This document shows positions 1 through 9,156 of a stretch of DNA of 32,000 nucleotides, piece after piece. Position 1 is the first letter of the stretch. Every line of letters begins with the position of its first letter. Source of the stretch: Phycisphaera mikurensis NBRC 102666 (lineage in GTDB: Bacteria > Planctomycetota > Phycisphaerae > Phycisphaerales > Phycisphaeraceae); assembly GCF_000284115.1 (NCBI RefSeq), contig NC_017080.1, positions 2,760,001-2,792,000 of the forward strand, in the 5' to 3' direction. Below the pieces are notes generated by a model. That model had not been told where the DNA came from. It did no database searches and was given only the letters and a program-made list of their open reading frames with translations. Position numbers and translations under genes: made by a program.

Positions 1-594
1 GAGGAAGCGTTGCCCCCGGGGGTCTGGCTCAGCGGCTACCAGCGCGACCTGCTCTCCGAGCCGGTGCTCCAGGAGGTTCAGAACCAGCTGCAGCAGCGCG
101 ACCTCCGCCTCGCCGGATCGGTCGAGGGCCTCGGCGAGCGGCTCCGCGGCCGGGTGGGCGTGCGGGGCGAGCGGGAGGCCCTGGAGATCACCTTCACCGA
201 CCCGGACCCCAAGCTGGTGGTGCCCGTGCTCGACGCGGTCGGCCGGGGCCTGCTGATCCACCACATGGCCCAGGACCGCCGCGCCGGGCGGATGAGCGAC
301 ACGGCCTCGATCCGCAGCGAGGCGGTCGCTCGCGACCAACCCGTCCGCGACGAGCGGGTCCGGTTCTTCGGCATGATCCTCGGCGGCTTCGCCGTGCTCG
401 CGCTGCTCGCGGCGATCCCCGCCCGGCTGCTGGCCGGGCGCGCCTCCCGCCAGCTGCCCGAGGGCGCCGTCGCCGAGCTCGCCGTCCTGGAGCACCCCTC
501 GCCGCTGGTCACCGAAGCGATGGAGGCGTCCAAGGCCACCGGCGGCGGAGCCGACGACGAGGGCGACGTGATCAAGCCGGTCTTCCGGTTCTGA
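1..594 (+). CDS. Partial membrane protein (5' end outside window), possibly polysaccharide chain-length determinant (Wzz-like)
   Basis: Reading frame is open from base 1 to TGA at 592-594. It has one clear TM segment (FFGMILGGFAVLALLAAIPARLL) and a Wzz-like stretch (LSEPVLQEVQNQLQQ...LEITFTDPDPKLVVPVLDAVG). The family assignment is tentative. Confidence 0.5.
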   Translation, partial: EEALPPGVWLSGYQRDLLSEPVLQEVQNQLQQRDLRLAGSVEGLGERLRGRVGVRGEREALEITFTDPDPKLVVPVLDAVGRGLLIHHMAQDRRAGRMSDTASIRSEAVARDQPVRDERVRFFGMILGGFAVLALLAAIPARLLAGRASRQLPEGAVAELAVLEHPSPLVTEAMEASKATGGGADDEGDVIKPVFRF

Positions 595-646
595 CCCGGA
601 CCGGGAACGCCGGCCGCGGGGGCTCCGCACGCGGTCGCGCCCCGCG

Positions 647-1990
647 TCAGTGGCCCAGCAGCGCCTTCCGCAGCGGCTTCCGCGCTCTCGAGGGTGCGAC
701 GACCACCACCGTGTCCCCCAGCGCAAGCTGCTCCGCCGCCGCCGGGATGAAGGTCTTGGCCCCGCGTTGCACCAGCGCCACCAGCGCCTGCTCCGGCAGG
801 TTCAGCCGCGAGAGCGGCACGCCGATCACCGCCGCGTCGGCCTTGTTCAGCCGCGTCTCGTACACCTCGGCGACGCCGTCGGCCAGCGTGGCGAGGTGGC
901 GCATCGAATGGGTCTCGAGCCGGCGCAGGATCTCGCCCACCGCGGTCGCCCGCGGGCTGAAGACCAGGTCGATGCCGATGTGCGAGAGCAGGTGCGTGTA
1001 GACGCTCCGCTGGAGCACGCACACCGCCGACTTCACGCCCATCGTCTTCGCCCGGGCGGCGATGAGGATGTTGGTCTCGTCGTCCTCGGTGCAGGCGATG
1101 AAGGCGTCGGCCTGGTCGACGCGCTCGTCGAGCAGCACCTCGCTGGCGATGATGTCACCGGTGAGCACCGTCACCCAGGGCAGCCGCTCGGAGAGCGCGG
1201 CGGCGCGGGCCGGATCGCTCTCGAACAGCCGCACCTGGAACTGCTTGGCCCGCAGCTCGCGGCACAGCCAGACGCCCTGGTTCGTGCCGCCCACGAGCAT
1301 CACCTTCAGCCGGCGCGGCGTCTCGACGCCGAAGACCTTGAAGAGCTTCACCAGGCTCGACTCGTCGCCGATGGCCGTCACCACGTCGCCGGCGATGAGC
1401 TCGGTGTCGGCGTTGGGCCGGAAGGCCTCCTCGCCCCGCTCCACCGCGACCACCAGCGAGCACGACGGCAGCGGCAGCTCGGAGAGCTTCGCACGCGTCG
1501 CCTTGGAGCCCTCGCCCACCGGCAGCCGCTGGAGCTCGATGCTGCCGCGGGCGAAGTTCTCGACCTCCTGGGCACCCGGTGACCGCAGCGTGGTCGCCAC
1601 CGCCACCGCCGTCGTGTGCTCGGGGCACACCAGGTGATCGATGCCGAAGTGCTTGCCGTAGTCGAGGCCCTGGCTCTCGAAGTACGAGGCGTGGTGGACG
1701 CGGGCGATCGTCTGGTCGCAGCCCAGCGCCGAGGCGATCGACGCGGAGAGCAGGTTGATCTCGTCGATGCTCGTCGCCGCGATGAACAGGTCCGCCTCGG
1801 CCACGCCCGCCCGCCGGAGCACCTCGGCCCGCGTCGCGTCGCCCTCCATCGCCCCGATGTCGATCAGCGACTCACACTCGGCGAGCTTGGCCGGGTCGCG
1901 GTCGATGAGCGTGACGTTGTGGCCGTCGGGCGCGAGCACCTCGGCGGAGTGGCGGCCGACCTCGCCGGCGCCGCAGATGATGATGTTGAT
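647..1990 (-). CDS. trkA: Trk-type potassium uptake NAD-binding protein with duplicated TrkA_N/TrkA_C regions
   Basis: Translation shows Rossmann motif IIICGAGEVG, then a second domain RLKVMLVGGTNQGVWLCRELRAK...VTVLTGDI. The supplied ORF starts at GTG 1939, which cuts off the first glycine motif. The frame extends to an ATC at 1988-1990. Confidence 0.88.
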   Translation of the reverse strand: MNIIICGAGEVGRHSAEVLAPDGHNVTLIDRDPAKLAECESLIDIGAMEGDATRAEVLRRAGVAEADLFIAATSIDEINLLSASIASALGCDQTIARVHHASYFESQGLDYGKHFGIDHLVCPEHTTAVAVATTLRSPGAQEVENFARGSIELQRLPVGEGSKATRAKLSELPLPSCSLVVAVERGEEAFRPNADTELIAGDVVTAIGDESSLVKLFKVFGVETPRRLKVMLVGGTNQGVWLCRELRAKQFQVRLFESDPARAAALSERLPWVTVLTGDIIASEVLLDERVDQADAFIACTEDDETNILIAARAKTMGVKSAVCVLQRSVYTHLLSHIGIDLVFSPRATAVGEILRRLETHSMRHLATLADGVAEVYETRLNKADAAVIGVPLSRLNLPEQALVALVQRGAKTFIPAAAEQLALGDTVVVVAPSRARKPLRKALLGH

Positions 1991-2087
1991 GGTTCCGCTC
2001 CGCGGGGTGAAGGAGAGGCCGCAAGACGCTCACGCGGCGCCGGCGACGGTCCGCGGGAACGGTAAGCCCCGGAGCCGGCGGCGGCCC

Positions 2088-2783
2088 TCAAGCCGACGCG
2101 GTCGCCAGGCCGGCCGGCAGCTCCGCCGGGACCGGCTCCACGCTGGCGAGCACCGTCACGCCGGCCTTCACCTTCTCGCCCTCCCGCACCCGGACGGTGA
2201 CGTTGGCGGACACCGGCAGGTACAGCTCGGTCGTGGAGCCGAGCTTGATGATGCCCATCTTCTGACCCCGCTGGACCACCTGCCCCTCGCTGAGCGCGTT
2301 GTGGATGGTGCGGGCGAGCAGACCGGCGATCTGCCGCACCACCGCGACCGGCTGGCCCTTGGTGGGGTGGACCAGCAGCGTGGTGACGCTCTCGTTGTCC
2401 TCCATCGAGGCCGGGTTCAGCGTGTTGCCGTGGTTGCCGGGCGTGTGCACGACCGACGCGACCGCCCCGTGGCAGGGCGTGCGGTTGATGTGCACGTCCA
2501 GCACCGACATGAAGACGCGGATGCAGACCGCCGGCCCCCCCAGCAGGTCGTGGTGCTCCACGTCGTGCACGCTGCTCACGGTGCCGTCGCACGCCGCGAC
2601 CACCGCCCCCTTCGCCGAGGGCGGCCGCCGCGTCGGGTCCCGGAAGAACAGCAGCACGAGGAAGGTCGCGACGAGCGCAGCGACCGCGAGCAGGAGCGAC
2701 CCGAAGAGCAGCAGCGCGACCGCGATGGCCACGCCGCAAGCGGAGATCACGATCCATTCCGCTTTGGCGAAACCTGAGAGCAT
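2088..2783 (-). CDS. psd: Phosphatidylserine decarboxylase, short form
   Basis: MLSGFAKAEWIV..., N-terminal TM region, FRDPTRRPP, CIRVFMSVLDVHINRTPCHG, and processing motif GIIKLGSTTELYLP. The ATG at 2781-2783 is chosen over the longer low-complexity ORF. Confidence 0.92.
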   Translation of the reverse strand: MLSGFAKAEWIVISACGVAIAVALLLFGSLLLAVAALVATFLVLLFFRDPTRRPPSAKGAVVAACDGTVSSVHDVEHHDLLGGPAVCIRVFMSVLDVHINRTPCHGAVASVVHTPGNHGNTLNPASMEDNESVTTLLVHPTKGQPVAVVRQIAGLLARTIHNALSEGQVVQRGQKMGIIKLGSTTELYLPVSANVTVRVREGEKVKAGVTVLASVEPVPAELPAGLATASA

Positions 2784-2836
2784 GGGAGCAGCGTAGAGGG
2801 GGACGGGTCCGGCCTGGCGCTCGAGAGCGGAGAGGA

Positions 2837-3007
2837 AGCGACGCGGCGGGAGGGGGTTGTGCGGAGGGGCTGCGTGGTTTGCGACGGGCGTAGGGAGCGG
2901 GTTGGGCTGGCGCTGGGTGAGAGGCGGAGCGACGCAGCGGGAGGGGGTCGTGCGGAGGGGCTGCACGGTCCGCGACGGGCGCGGGTCGAGCCGGCGCTGG
3001 GTGAGAG
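2837..3007. repeat. Imperfect tandem duplication of a ~91/84-bp intergenic unit
   Basis: AGCGACGCGGCGGGAGGGGGTTGTGCGGAGGGGCTGC...GGCGCTGGGTGAGAG at 2837 is repeated as AGCGACGCAGCGGGAGGGGGTCGTGCGGAGGGGCTGC...GGCGCTGGGTGAGAG at 2928. Confidence 0.85.
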
Positions 3008-3126
3008 ACGAAGTCAGCAGAAAGCAGAGAAGTGGAAAACGCCGAGCGGAGCGACGGCGCGTCCTGTCTGTCTTCGTCTCTTCGTCTCTTCGTCTCTCCG
3101 TCTCTTCGTCTCTTCGTCTCTCCGCC
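3005..3126. repeat. Inverted repeat plus 8-bp satellite (unit TCT[T/C]CGTC), element A
   Basis: Left arm GAGACGAAGTCAG (3005-3017) faces CTGTCTTCGTCTC (3068-3080), 12/13 complementary, around a 50-nt centre. From 3071 there are tandem octamers TCTTCGTC x3, TCTCCGTC, TCTTCGTC x2, TCTCCGCC. Confidence 0.8.
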
Positions 3127-3175
3127 CTTCCGCCTCCCGCCCGCCGCACCCGGGAGCAACACCGCCAAAGCCGCT

Positions 3176-4108
3176 TCAACGCTTCCGCTTCGTGTCCTCC
3201 GCGAGCGTCTTCTTTTCTCCTTCGGTCAGCGACTGGATCCCGCTGTCGCTGACCTTCGCGAGGATGCGGTCGACCTCGGCGGCGTGCTCGGCCGCGGCTT
3301 TGCGGGCGCGGTTCCGCTTGAAGTCGGCGAGGCGGCCTTTGATGCCCTCGATGCCGCCGCCGGAACGCTTCGCCGCGCCGTAACCGGCGGCTCCGAGCGC
3401 GGGCCCGCCGAAGGGCGCCAGCAGGCCGGGTCGCTTCATGAGCACGAAGCCGAGCAGGGCGCCGCCGAGGTGGGCGGCCTCGCCCCCGGCGTTGCGCGAG
3501 CCGACGAGCACGGACAGCGCGGCGATGCCTAGGAACACGAGCGCCATCGTGCGCATCGACATCGGGATCGGGGGGATCAGCAGCTGCACGCGCAGGTGCG
3601 GGAAGCGGACGGCCGCGGCGGCGAGGATCCCGAAGAGGGCGCCCGAGGCGCCGACCAGCGGCGCGTCGGGGTGCATGATCGTCGGTCCGAACAGCGTGCC
3701 GAGCACCGTCGCGATCACCGCCCCGGAAACCCCGCACAGCAGGTAGAAGGCGAGGAAGGCGCGGCGGCCCAGCTCCCGCTCCAGCAGCGGGCCGAAGAAG
3801 TACAGCCCGATCATGTTGAAGAGGATGTGGAAGAAGTCGGCGTGCAGGAACTGGTACGTCAGGAAGCGCCAGACCTCCAGGCCCCAGATCGCCTTGTTCA
3901 CCGAGAAGTAGCCCCAGCGGAGCGGGTCGGCCCCGTCGGCGCGGGCCGAGCCCCCGAAGATCCCGGCGAGCAGGAACACGGCGGCGTTGATCACGATCAG
4001 CCACGTGGTGATCGTCCAGCCGGACGGGCCGGTCGATCCGGGGCCGAAGCCGCGCCCGGCGCCACCGAAAGGCCCCGGGCTTGCGTAGTCGCGTGTCTCA
4101 AAAGCCAT
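3176..4108 (-). CDS. Rhomboid family intramembrane serine protease
   Basis: GASGALFGILAAA (catalytic Ser) and GGEAAHLGGALLGF (catalytic His), multiple TM segments, WxxxNxxxxF-type pattern (FFHILFNMIGLYFFGPLLE), and C-terminal tail VDRILAKVSDSGIQSLTEGEKKTL. Start ATG 4106-4108. Confidence 0.93.
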   Translation of the reverse strand: MAFETRDYASPGPFGGAGRGFGPGSTGPSGWTITTWLIVINAAVFLLAGIFGGSARADGADPLRWGYFSVNKAIWGLEVWRFLTYQFLHADFFHILFNMIGLYFFGPLLERELGRRAFLAFYLLCGVSGAVIATVLGTLFGPTIMHPDAPLVGASGALFGILAAAAVRFPHLRVQLLIPPIPMSMRTMALVFLGIAALSVLVGSRNAGGEAAHLGGALLGFVLMKRPGLLAPFGGPALGAAGYGAAKRSGGGIEGIKGRLADFKRNRARKAAAEHAAEVDRILAKVSDSGIQSLTEGEKKTLAEDTKRKR

Positions 4109-4125
4109 GGCCGGAAGCGTAGAAC

Positions 4126-4171
4126 CCGCGGACCGCGAGCCCCGGGCCGGCGCGGCGCTCTCGGTCCGCGG
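4126..4171. repeat. 46-bp palindromic element, copy 1: CCGCGGACCG-N26-CGGTCCGCGG
   Basis: Arms 4126-4135 and 4162-4171 are perfectly complementary. Loop is 26 nt. Intergenic. Confidence 0.95.
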
Positions 4172-4233
4172 ATCCGCCTCTCGCCGCGGCGGCCTCGGGG
4201 GAGAACCGGGATCGCCGAGCCCAGACCCCGCCC

Positions 4234-4992
4234 TCAGGCGGGCAGCTGGCACCACGCGTCGGCCAGCAGCAGCCCGGCGACGAGGGCCCCGGGAGCGCCC
4301 TCCACCGCCAGGTGCGTCTGCACGTCGTGCAGCTGCTGCTCGGCGAAGGGTCGCGTGCTCGGCTCCAGCAGGAAGGCGGCGAGGCCCCAGGGCTGGTACG
4401 TCGTGTAGTCGGGCTGGGTGACGGCCTGCTGGTGCCGGGCGGCGGCGGCGACGGCGGGCCAGAGGCCGGTGGCGCCCAGCGAGACGACGCCCATCGTGCC
4501 GTGGATCGCGACCAGCTCGCGGAAGGTCCAGCTCTCGGGCGCGTCGTCGAGCCGCTGCTCGTGCAGCGGGTGGTCCCGGGTCGCGGTCAGCTCCACCCCC
4601 ATCGCCGGCGGCGGCGGCCCGCCGGCGTGCGCCGCGTAGAGCGCCATCGCCTGCTCCTCGATGGGCGCCTCCTCGGCCACCGCGACCGGCGTCGACGCGT
4701 CCGCGCCCGCCCGGCCGAGCATCGCCCGCATCAGCAACCCGTAGACGGGCCGGTGCTGGCCGCGGCCGTCGGTGTAGCGGTCCGCCGGCTCGAAGGGCTT
4801 CAGAGCGTCCGCCCGCTCCTCCCCGAGCAGGGCCCGCGCCGCCGGAACCGCCGCCATCAGGCTTCGCACCGACTCGCCCGCCCGCGGCCGGTGCGGCGAC
4901 GCGTCGGCCGCCCCCGCCAGCGCCCGCAGCGCGAGGGCGCGGATCCCGTCCCGCAGCCGCGGGTCCACCTCGGCGTAGCCGGCGTCGCTCAT
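4234..4992 (-). CDS. Hypothetical protein (~252 aa)
   Basis: MSDAGYAEVDPRLRDGIRALALRALAG... The start overlaps the stop of the upstream GNAT gene by 4 nt (ATGA), which indicates an operon pair. Confidence 0.75.
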   Translation of the reverse strand: MSDAGYAEVDPRLRDGIRALALRALAGAADASPHRPRAGESVRSLMAAVPAARALLGEERADALKPFEPADRYTDGRGQHRPVYGLLMRAMLGRAGADASTPVAVAEEAPIEEQAMALYAAHAGGPPPPAMGVELTATRDHPLHEQRLDDAPESWTFRELVAIHGTMGVVSLGATGLWPAVAAAARHQQAVTQPDYTTYQPWGLAAFLLEPSTRPFAEQQLHDVQTHLAVEGAPGALVAGLLLADAWCQLPA

Positions 4993-5582
4993 CCGCCCAC
5001 CATCACCGATCCGTCGCGCGTGAGCCGCGCGGTCACCACCGGCGCCGAGAGGCCCGGCACGCCCACGCCCGGCGCGGGCGACCCGACCGCAGGCGGGATC
5101 GACGCGTTGACGCGGATCATCGCGATCTCGTCGCAGGCGTGCTTCTTGGGGCAAGCCACGCACTCGGCCCAGACCTTCATCGGCAGCTTCTGGCGGTCGA
5201 CGACCGAGAAGCCGAGCCGTTCGAAGAAGCGTTGCTCGTAGGTGAGCGACATGACCCGGCGGATCCCGAGGCCGTCGGCGTCGGCGAGAACGGCGTCGAC
5301 GAGCCTGGCACCGAGGCCGCGGCCGCGGGCGGCGGGCGTCACCGCCAGCGAAACGACCTCGCCGAGGTCCGCCCAGATGATCGACAGGCCGCACAGGCCG
5401 ACGATCTCGCCGGTGTGCGGGTCCTCGGCCACGACGTAGTTGCGGAGCTTCTCGTAGAGCGTCGCGTGGGACTTGGGCAGCATGAGGCCCAGCTCCGCGG
5501 AGTCGGCGACGATGGCCGCCATCGCCGGCACGTCCGCCGCCCGCGCAGGGCGGAGGATCGTCTCGGCGGCGGCATCGGGCAC
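4989..5582 (-). CDS. GNAT-family N-acetyltransferase, ArgA-like (amino-acid N-acetyltransferase type)
   Basis: Acetyl-CoA loop VTPAARGRGLGARLV, plus the Cys-rich tail KVWAECVACPKKHACDEIAM typical of short ArgA-like acetyltransferases. Confidence 0.85.
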   Translation of the reverse strand: MPDAAAETILRPARAADVPAMAAIVADSAELGLMLPKSHATLYEKLRNYVVAEDPHTGEIVGLCGLSIIWADLGEVVSLAVTPAARGRGLGARLVDAVLADADGLGIRRVMSLTYEQRFFERLGFSVVDRQKLPMKVWAECVACPKKHACDEIAMIRVNASIPPAVGSPAPGVGVPGLSAPVVTARLTRDGSVMVGG

Positions 5583-5667
5583 GGCCGCAGATTACGGAGC
5601 CCGCCGCTTCAGGATCCGTGCCCCGGGACCGGGCACCCCGCTCGGCGGACGACCGCGGAGCCATCGG

Positions 5668-8600
5668 GTGCCGCGCGGGCGCTCCGCCACCGCGTCCAAG
5701 AACCCCCCTACCGTCCGCCGCTTGCCGACGGACACCGCCACCGCGACCTGGCTGGACAGCTTCCTGGCCCACCCCGTCGCCGCGGCGGTGGCCGACGGGC
5801 TTGCGCGGGGGAAGAGCGTGAACGTCCGCGGGGCCCGCGGCTCCTCCGCCGCCCTGCTGGCGGGCGCGGCCGCGTGCGAACGCGGCGACCGCGTGCTGCT
5901 GGTCGTCGCGCACCTCGACGAGGCGGACGACGCCCTGGACGACCTCGGCTGCTTCGAGGGCCTGCACGCGGAGCGGTTCGGGGCGCTGGAGGTGCTCCCC
6001 GGCTCTGAATCGGTGAACCTGGAGCGGCTGGCCGAGCGGATGGACGTGGTGCGGCGGCTGGCGGAGTCGCCGTCCGCGGGCCGGCCTGAGGTGCTGGTGG
6101 CGCCGATCCAGGCGTTGATGCAGGCCGTGCCCGGCTCCGAGGCCGTCGCCGCGATGAGCCTGTCGGTCTCGCCGGGCGACACGCTCAGCCCCGGCACCCT
6201 GCTCGGCTGGCTCGACAACGCCGGCTACGCCCGCGTCGACGCGATCGACCAGCCCGGCGACTACGCCGTCCGCGGCGGGCTGGTCGAGGTGTACCCGATC
6301 GGGGCGACGCTGGAGGATCCCGGTGCCCGGCCGCTCCCGCAGGCCCCCGTCCGGATCGACTTCTTCGGCGACGAGGTGGACACGCTGACGACCGTCGACC
6401 CCGACGCCACGCTCGGCAACGCCGGCGTCAAGGTCGGCCGGCTCGGGCTCGTCGGCGGCAGCGCCGAGGAGCTGCAGAAAGGAGCCGCCGACGAAGGCGG
6501 GCGCTGCCTCGTGGACCTGCTGCCCGCGGGACTGCCGGCCGTGCTGCACGAGACGGCGGAGCTGTCGGAGCAGAGCAAGGGCTACTTCGAGCGGCTGACG
6601 AACCCGGCGGGCATCTTCGCGCCCGCCGAGGTGTTCAAGCGCCTGGTCGCCCGCCCCGCCGCCGAGCTGTCCAGCTTCGCCACCGGCAGCGCCGGAGGCG
6701 GAGCGCTGGACCTGGGCGCCTCCGCCCTGCCCGCCTTCCCGCGCGACGCCGAGGCCGCCGTCGAGGAGCTGGTCGACCTCGCCAAAGAGCATGCATCGAC
6801 GACCGTGCTGTGCGGCACGGAAGCCGAGCAGGCGCAGCTGGAGACGCTGCTCCGCGACCAGCGGCAGCGGCAGGACGAGGCGGAGCCGCCGGAGATCGCA
6901 ACGGCCGTCCAGCGGCTGCACCACGGCTTCCTGCTCGCCTCGCCCGACGGCCCGCCGGCGGCCGTCGTGACCTTCCACGAGTTGTTTCACCGGCACGGGC
7001 TCTCCCGCCGCGTCCGCCGCGTGTTCTCCGGCACGTCTTCGGACGCCGATGCCTTCCTCGATCTCGACGTCGGCGACGCGGTCGTTCACGTCGACCACGG
7101 CATCGCGCAGTTCACCGGCATCACCACGCTGCGGCGCAAAGTCGGAGGGCCGTCCGAGGGCCAGCTCCGCCCGACCGAGTACCTCACCCTGGAGTTCGCC
7201 GGCGGCGCGACGCTGCAGGTCCCGGTCGGCCAGATCGACCTCATCCAGAAGTACGTCGGCGGCTTCGAGGGCAAGCCCCCGCTGTCGACGCTGGGCGGCA
7301 AGAAGTGGAGAAACCAGAAGGAGGCCGCCGGCGACGCCGTGAAGGACCTCGCCCGCGAGCTGCTGCAGGTGCAGGCGGCCCGCCGGACGGAGCCGGGCAT
7401 CGCCTACCCGCCCGACGGCCCCGACCACGCGGCCTTCGCCGCGAGCTTCCCCTTCGAGGAGACGCCGGATCAGCTCGAGGCCATCGCCGCCACGCAGCGC
7501 GACATGGAGGGCCCGCAGCCGATGGACCGGCTGATCTGCGGCGACGTCGGCTTCGGCAAGACCGAGATCGCGCTCCGCGCCGCGTTTAAGGCCGCGCACT
7601 CCGGCAAGCAGGTGGCGGTGCTGGTGCCCACCACCGTGCTCGCCGAGCAGCACGCCCGCACCTTCACCCAGCGGCTCAAGCCCTTCGGCTTCCGCGTGGA
7701 GGCGCTCAACCGCTTCAAGACCGGCAAGGAAGCGCGCGTGGTGCTCAAGGCGCTGCAGGCGGGCGAGGTGCGGGTCATCATCGGCACGCACCGGCTGCTC
7801 TCCGCGGACGTGAACTTCCACGACCTGGGCCTGGTCGTCATCGACGAGGAGCAGAAGTTCGGCGTCGAGCACAAGCACCGCCTGCTCGCGCTGCGGCTGA
7901 CCGCGGACGTGCTGACGATGACCGCGACGCCGATCCCGCGGACGCTGCACATGTCGATGGTCGGGCTGCGCGACATCTCCTCGCTCACGACCCCGCCCGC
8001 CGGCCGCCGCGCCGTCGTCACCGAGGTCGTCCCGCACCGAACCGACCGCACCGGTGCCGCCCTGCAGCGCGAGCTCGCCCGCGGCGGACAGGCCTACGTG
8101 GTCCACAACCGCATCAACGGCCTGCACCGCGTCGCCGCCGACGTGAAGGCCGACGTGCCCGACGCCGAGGTCGCCATCGGCCACGGGCAGATGGGCGCCC
8201 ACGAGCTCGAGGCGGTGATGATGCGCTTCATCCGCGGCGAGGCCGACGTGCTGGTGAGCACGACGATCATCGAGAGCGGCATCGACGTGCCCAACGCGAA
8301 CACGATGATCATCCACGACGCCGACCGCTTCGGCCTCGCCGAGCTGCACCAGCTGCGCGGCCGGGTGGGCAGGTCTTCGAAGCGGGCGTACTGCTACCTG
8401 CTGCTCCCGCCGGGCCGCACCGTCAGCGAGGTCGCCCAGAAGCGGCTCCGCGCGATCGAGGACTACGCCGTGCTCGGCGCCGGCTTCAAGATCGCGATGC
8501 GGGACCTGGAGATCCGCGGCGCCGGCGACCTGCTCGGCGGCGAGCAGAGCGGGCACATCGCCGCCGTCGGCTACGAGCTGTACTGCGTGATGCTCGACCA

Positions 8601-9156
8601 GGAGACCCGCCGGCTGAACCACCAGCCCGTCGTCGACGTCGCCCGCTGCCACCTGGAGCTGCCCGCCGCCGGCAACCTCCCGAAGCGCTACATCCCCGCC
8701 GCCAAGCACCGGATGGAGGCGTACCGCCGGCTCACCCGCGTCGACTCGCTGCCCGAGCTCGACCGCGTCGTCGACGAACTCAAGGAGGCCTACGGCCCGC
8801 CGCCCGCCGCCGCCGAGGAGTTCATTGCGCTCGTGGAGATCCGGCTGGGCGCCGCCCAGCGCGGCATCACGCGGGTGAAGCTCTCCGGGCCGGACCTGAT
8901 CTTCTCGACGGACCCCAGTCGGGCGCGGTCGGTCCAGGCGGCCTTCGTCGACGCGCCCGGCCGCGTCACGGTGCTCGACCAAAAGGAGGTCTTCTACCGC
9001 CCGCCCGCCGCCTACCTCGAAGAAGTTCCAACGCTGCTCGCGGTCCTCCGCAAGCTCCTGGTCACGCCCCTGCGCGGCGAGCAGCCCCGCCCGCCGGCCA
9101 GGCAATCGCCTCCACCGACGCAAGGCTCTCGCTCCGCGCCCGTTGCATCCCGATGA
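5668..9156 (+). CDS. mfd: Transcription-repair coupling factor Mfd
   Basis: CGDVGFGKTEIALRAAFKA, VVIDEEQKFGVEHK, MTATPIPRTLHMSMVGLRD, STTIIESGIDVPNANTMIIHDADRFGLAELHQLRGRVGRS, and a TRCF C-terminal domain. The supplied ORF opens at 5473. GTG 5668 is a plausible start that avoids the divergent GNAT gene; the exact start is uncertain. Confidence 0.95.
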   Translation: MPRGRSATASKNPPTVRRLPTDTATATWLDSFLAHPVAAAVADGLARGKSVNVRGARGSSAALLAGAAACERGDRVLLVVAHLDEADDALDDLGCFEGLHAERFGALEVLPGSESVNLERLAERMDVVRRLAESPSAGRPEVLVAPIQALMQAVPGSEAVAAMSLSVSPGDTLSPGTLLGWLDNAGYARVDAIDQPGDYAVRGGLVEVYPIGATLEDPGARPLPQAPVRIDFFGDEVDTLTTVDPDATLGNAGVKVGRLGLVGGSAEELQKGAADEGGRCLVDLLPAGLPAVLHETAELSEQSKGYFERLTNPAGIFAPAEVFKRLVARPAAELSSFATGSAGGGALDLGASALPAFPRDAEAAVEELVDLAKEHASTTVLCGTEAEQAQLETLLRDQRQRQDEAEPPEIATAVQRLHHGFLLASPDGPPAAVVTFHELFHRHGLSRRVRRVFSGTSSDADAFLDLDVGDAVVHVDHGIAQFTGITTLRRKVGGPSEGQLRPTEYLTLEFAGGATLQVPVGQIDLIQKYVGGFEGKPPLSTLGGKKWRNQKEAAGDAVKDLARELLQVQAARRTEPGIAYPPDGPDHAAFAASFPFEETPDQLEAIAATQRDMEGPQPMDRLICGDVGFGKTEIALRAAFKAAHSGKQVAVLVPTTVLAEQHARTFTQRLKPFGFRVEALNRFKTGKEARVVLKALQAGEVRVIIGTHRLLSADVNFHDLGLVVIDEEQKFGVEHKHRLLALRLTADVLTMTATPIPRTLHMSMVGLRDISSLTTPPAGRRAVVTEVVPHRTDRTGAALQRELARGGQAYVVHNRINGLHRVAADVKADVPDAEVAIGHGQMGAHELEAVMMRFIRGEADVLVSTTIIESGIDVPNANTMIIHDADRFGLAELHQLRGRVGRSSKRAYCYLLLPPGRTVSEVAQKRLRAIEDYAVLGAGFKIAMRDLEIRGAGDLLGGEQSGHIAAVGYELYCVMLDQETRRLNHQPVVDVARCHLELPAAGNLPKRYIPAAKHRMEAYRRLTRVDSLPELDRVVDELKEAYGPPPAAAEEFIALVEIRLGAAQRGITRVKLSGPDLIFSTDPSRARSVQAAFVDAPGRVTVLDQKEVFYRPPAAYLEEVPTLLAVLRKLLVTPLRGEQPRPPARQSPPPTQGSRSAPVASR

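Noticed and set aside
1864-4004. ORFs reading RRRDEETERRRDEETK upstream of psd
   Set aside because: Translation of the TCT[T/C]CGTC octamer array. A normal psd start exists at 2783.
5668-9156. DEEQ helicase motif II in Mfd as unusual
   Set aside because: DEEQ and DEEH both occur in ordinary Mfd proteins, so it is not noteworthy.
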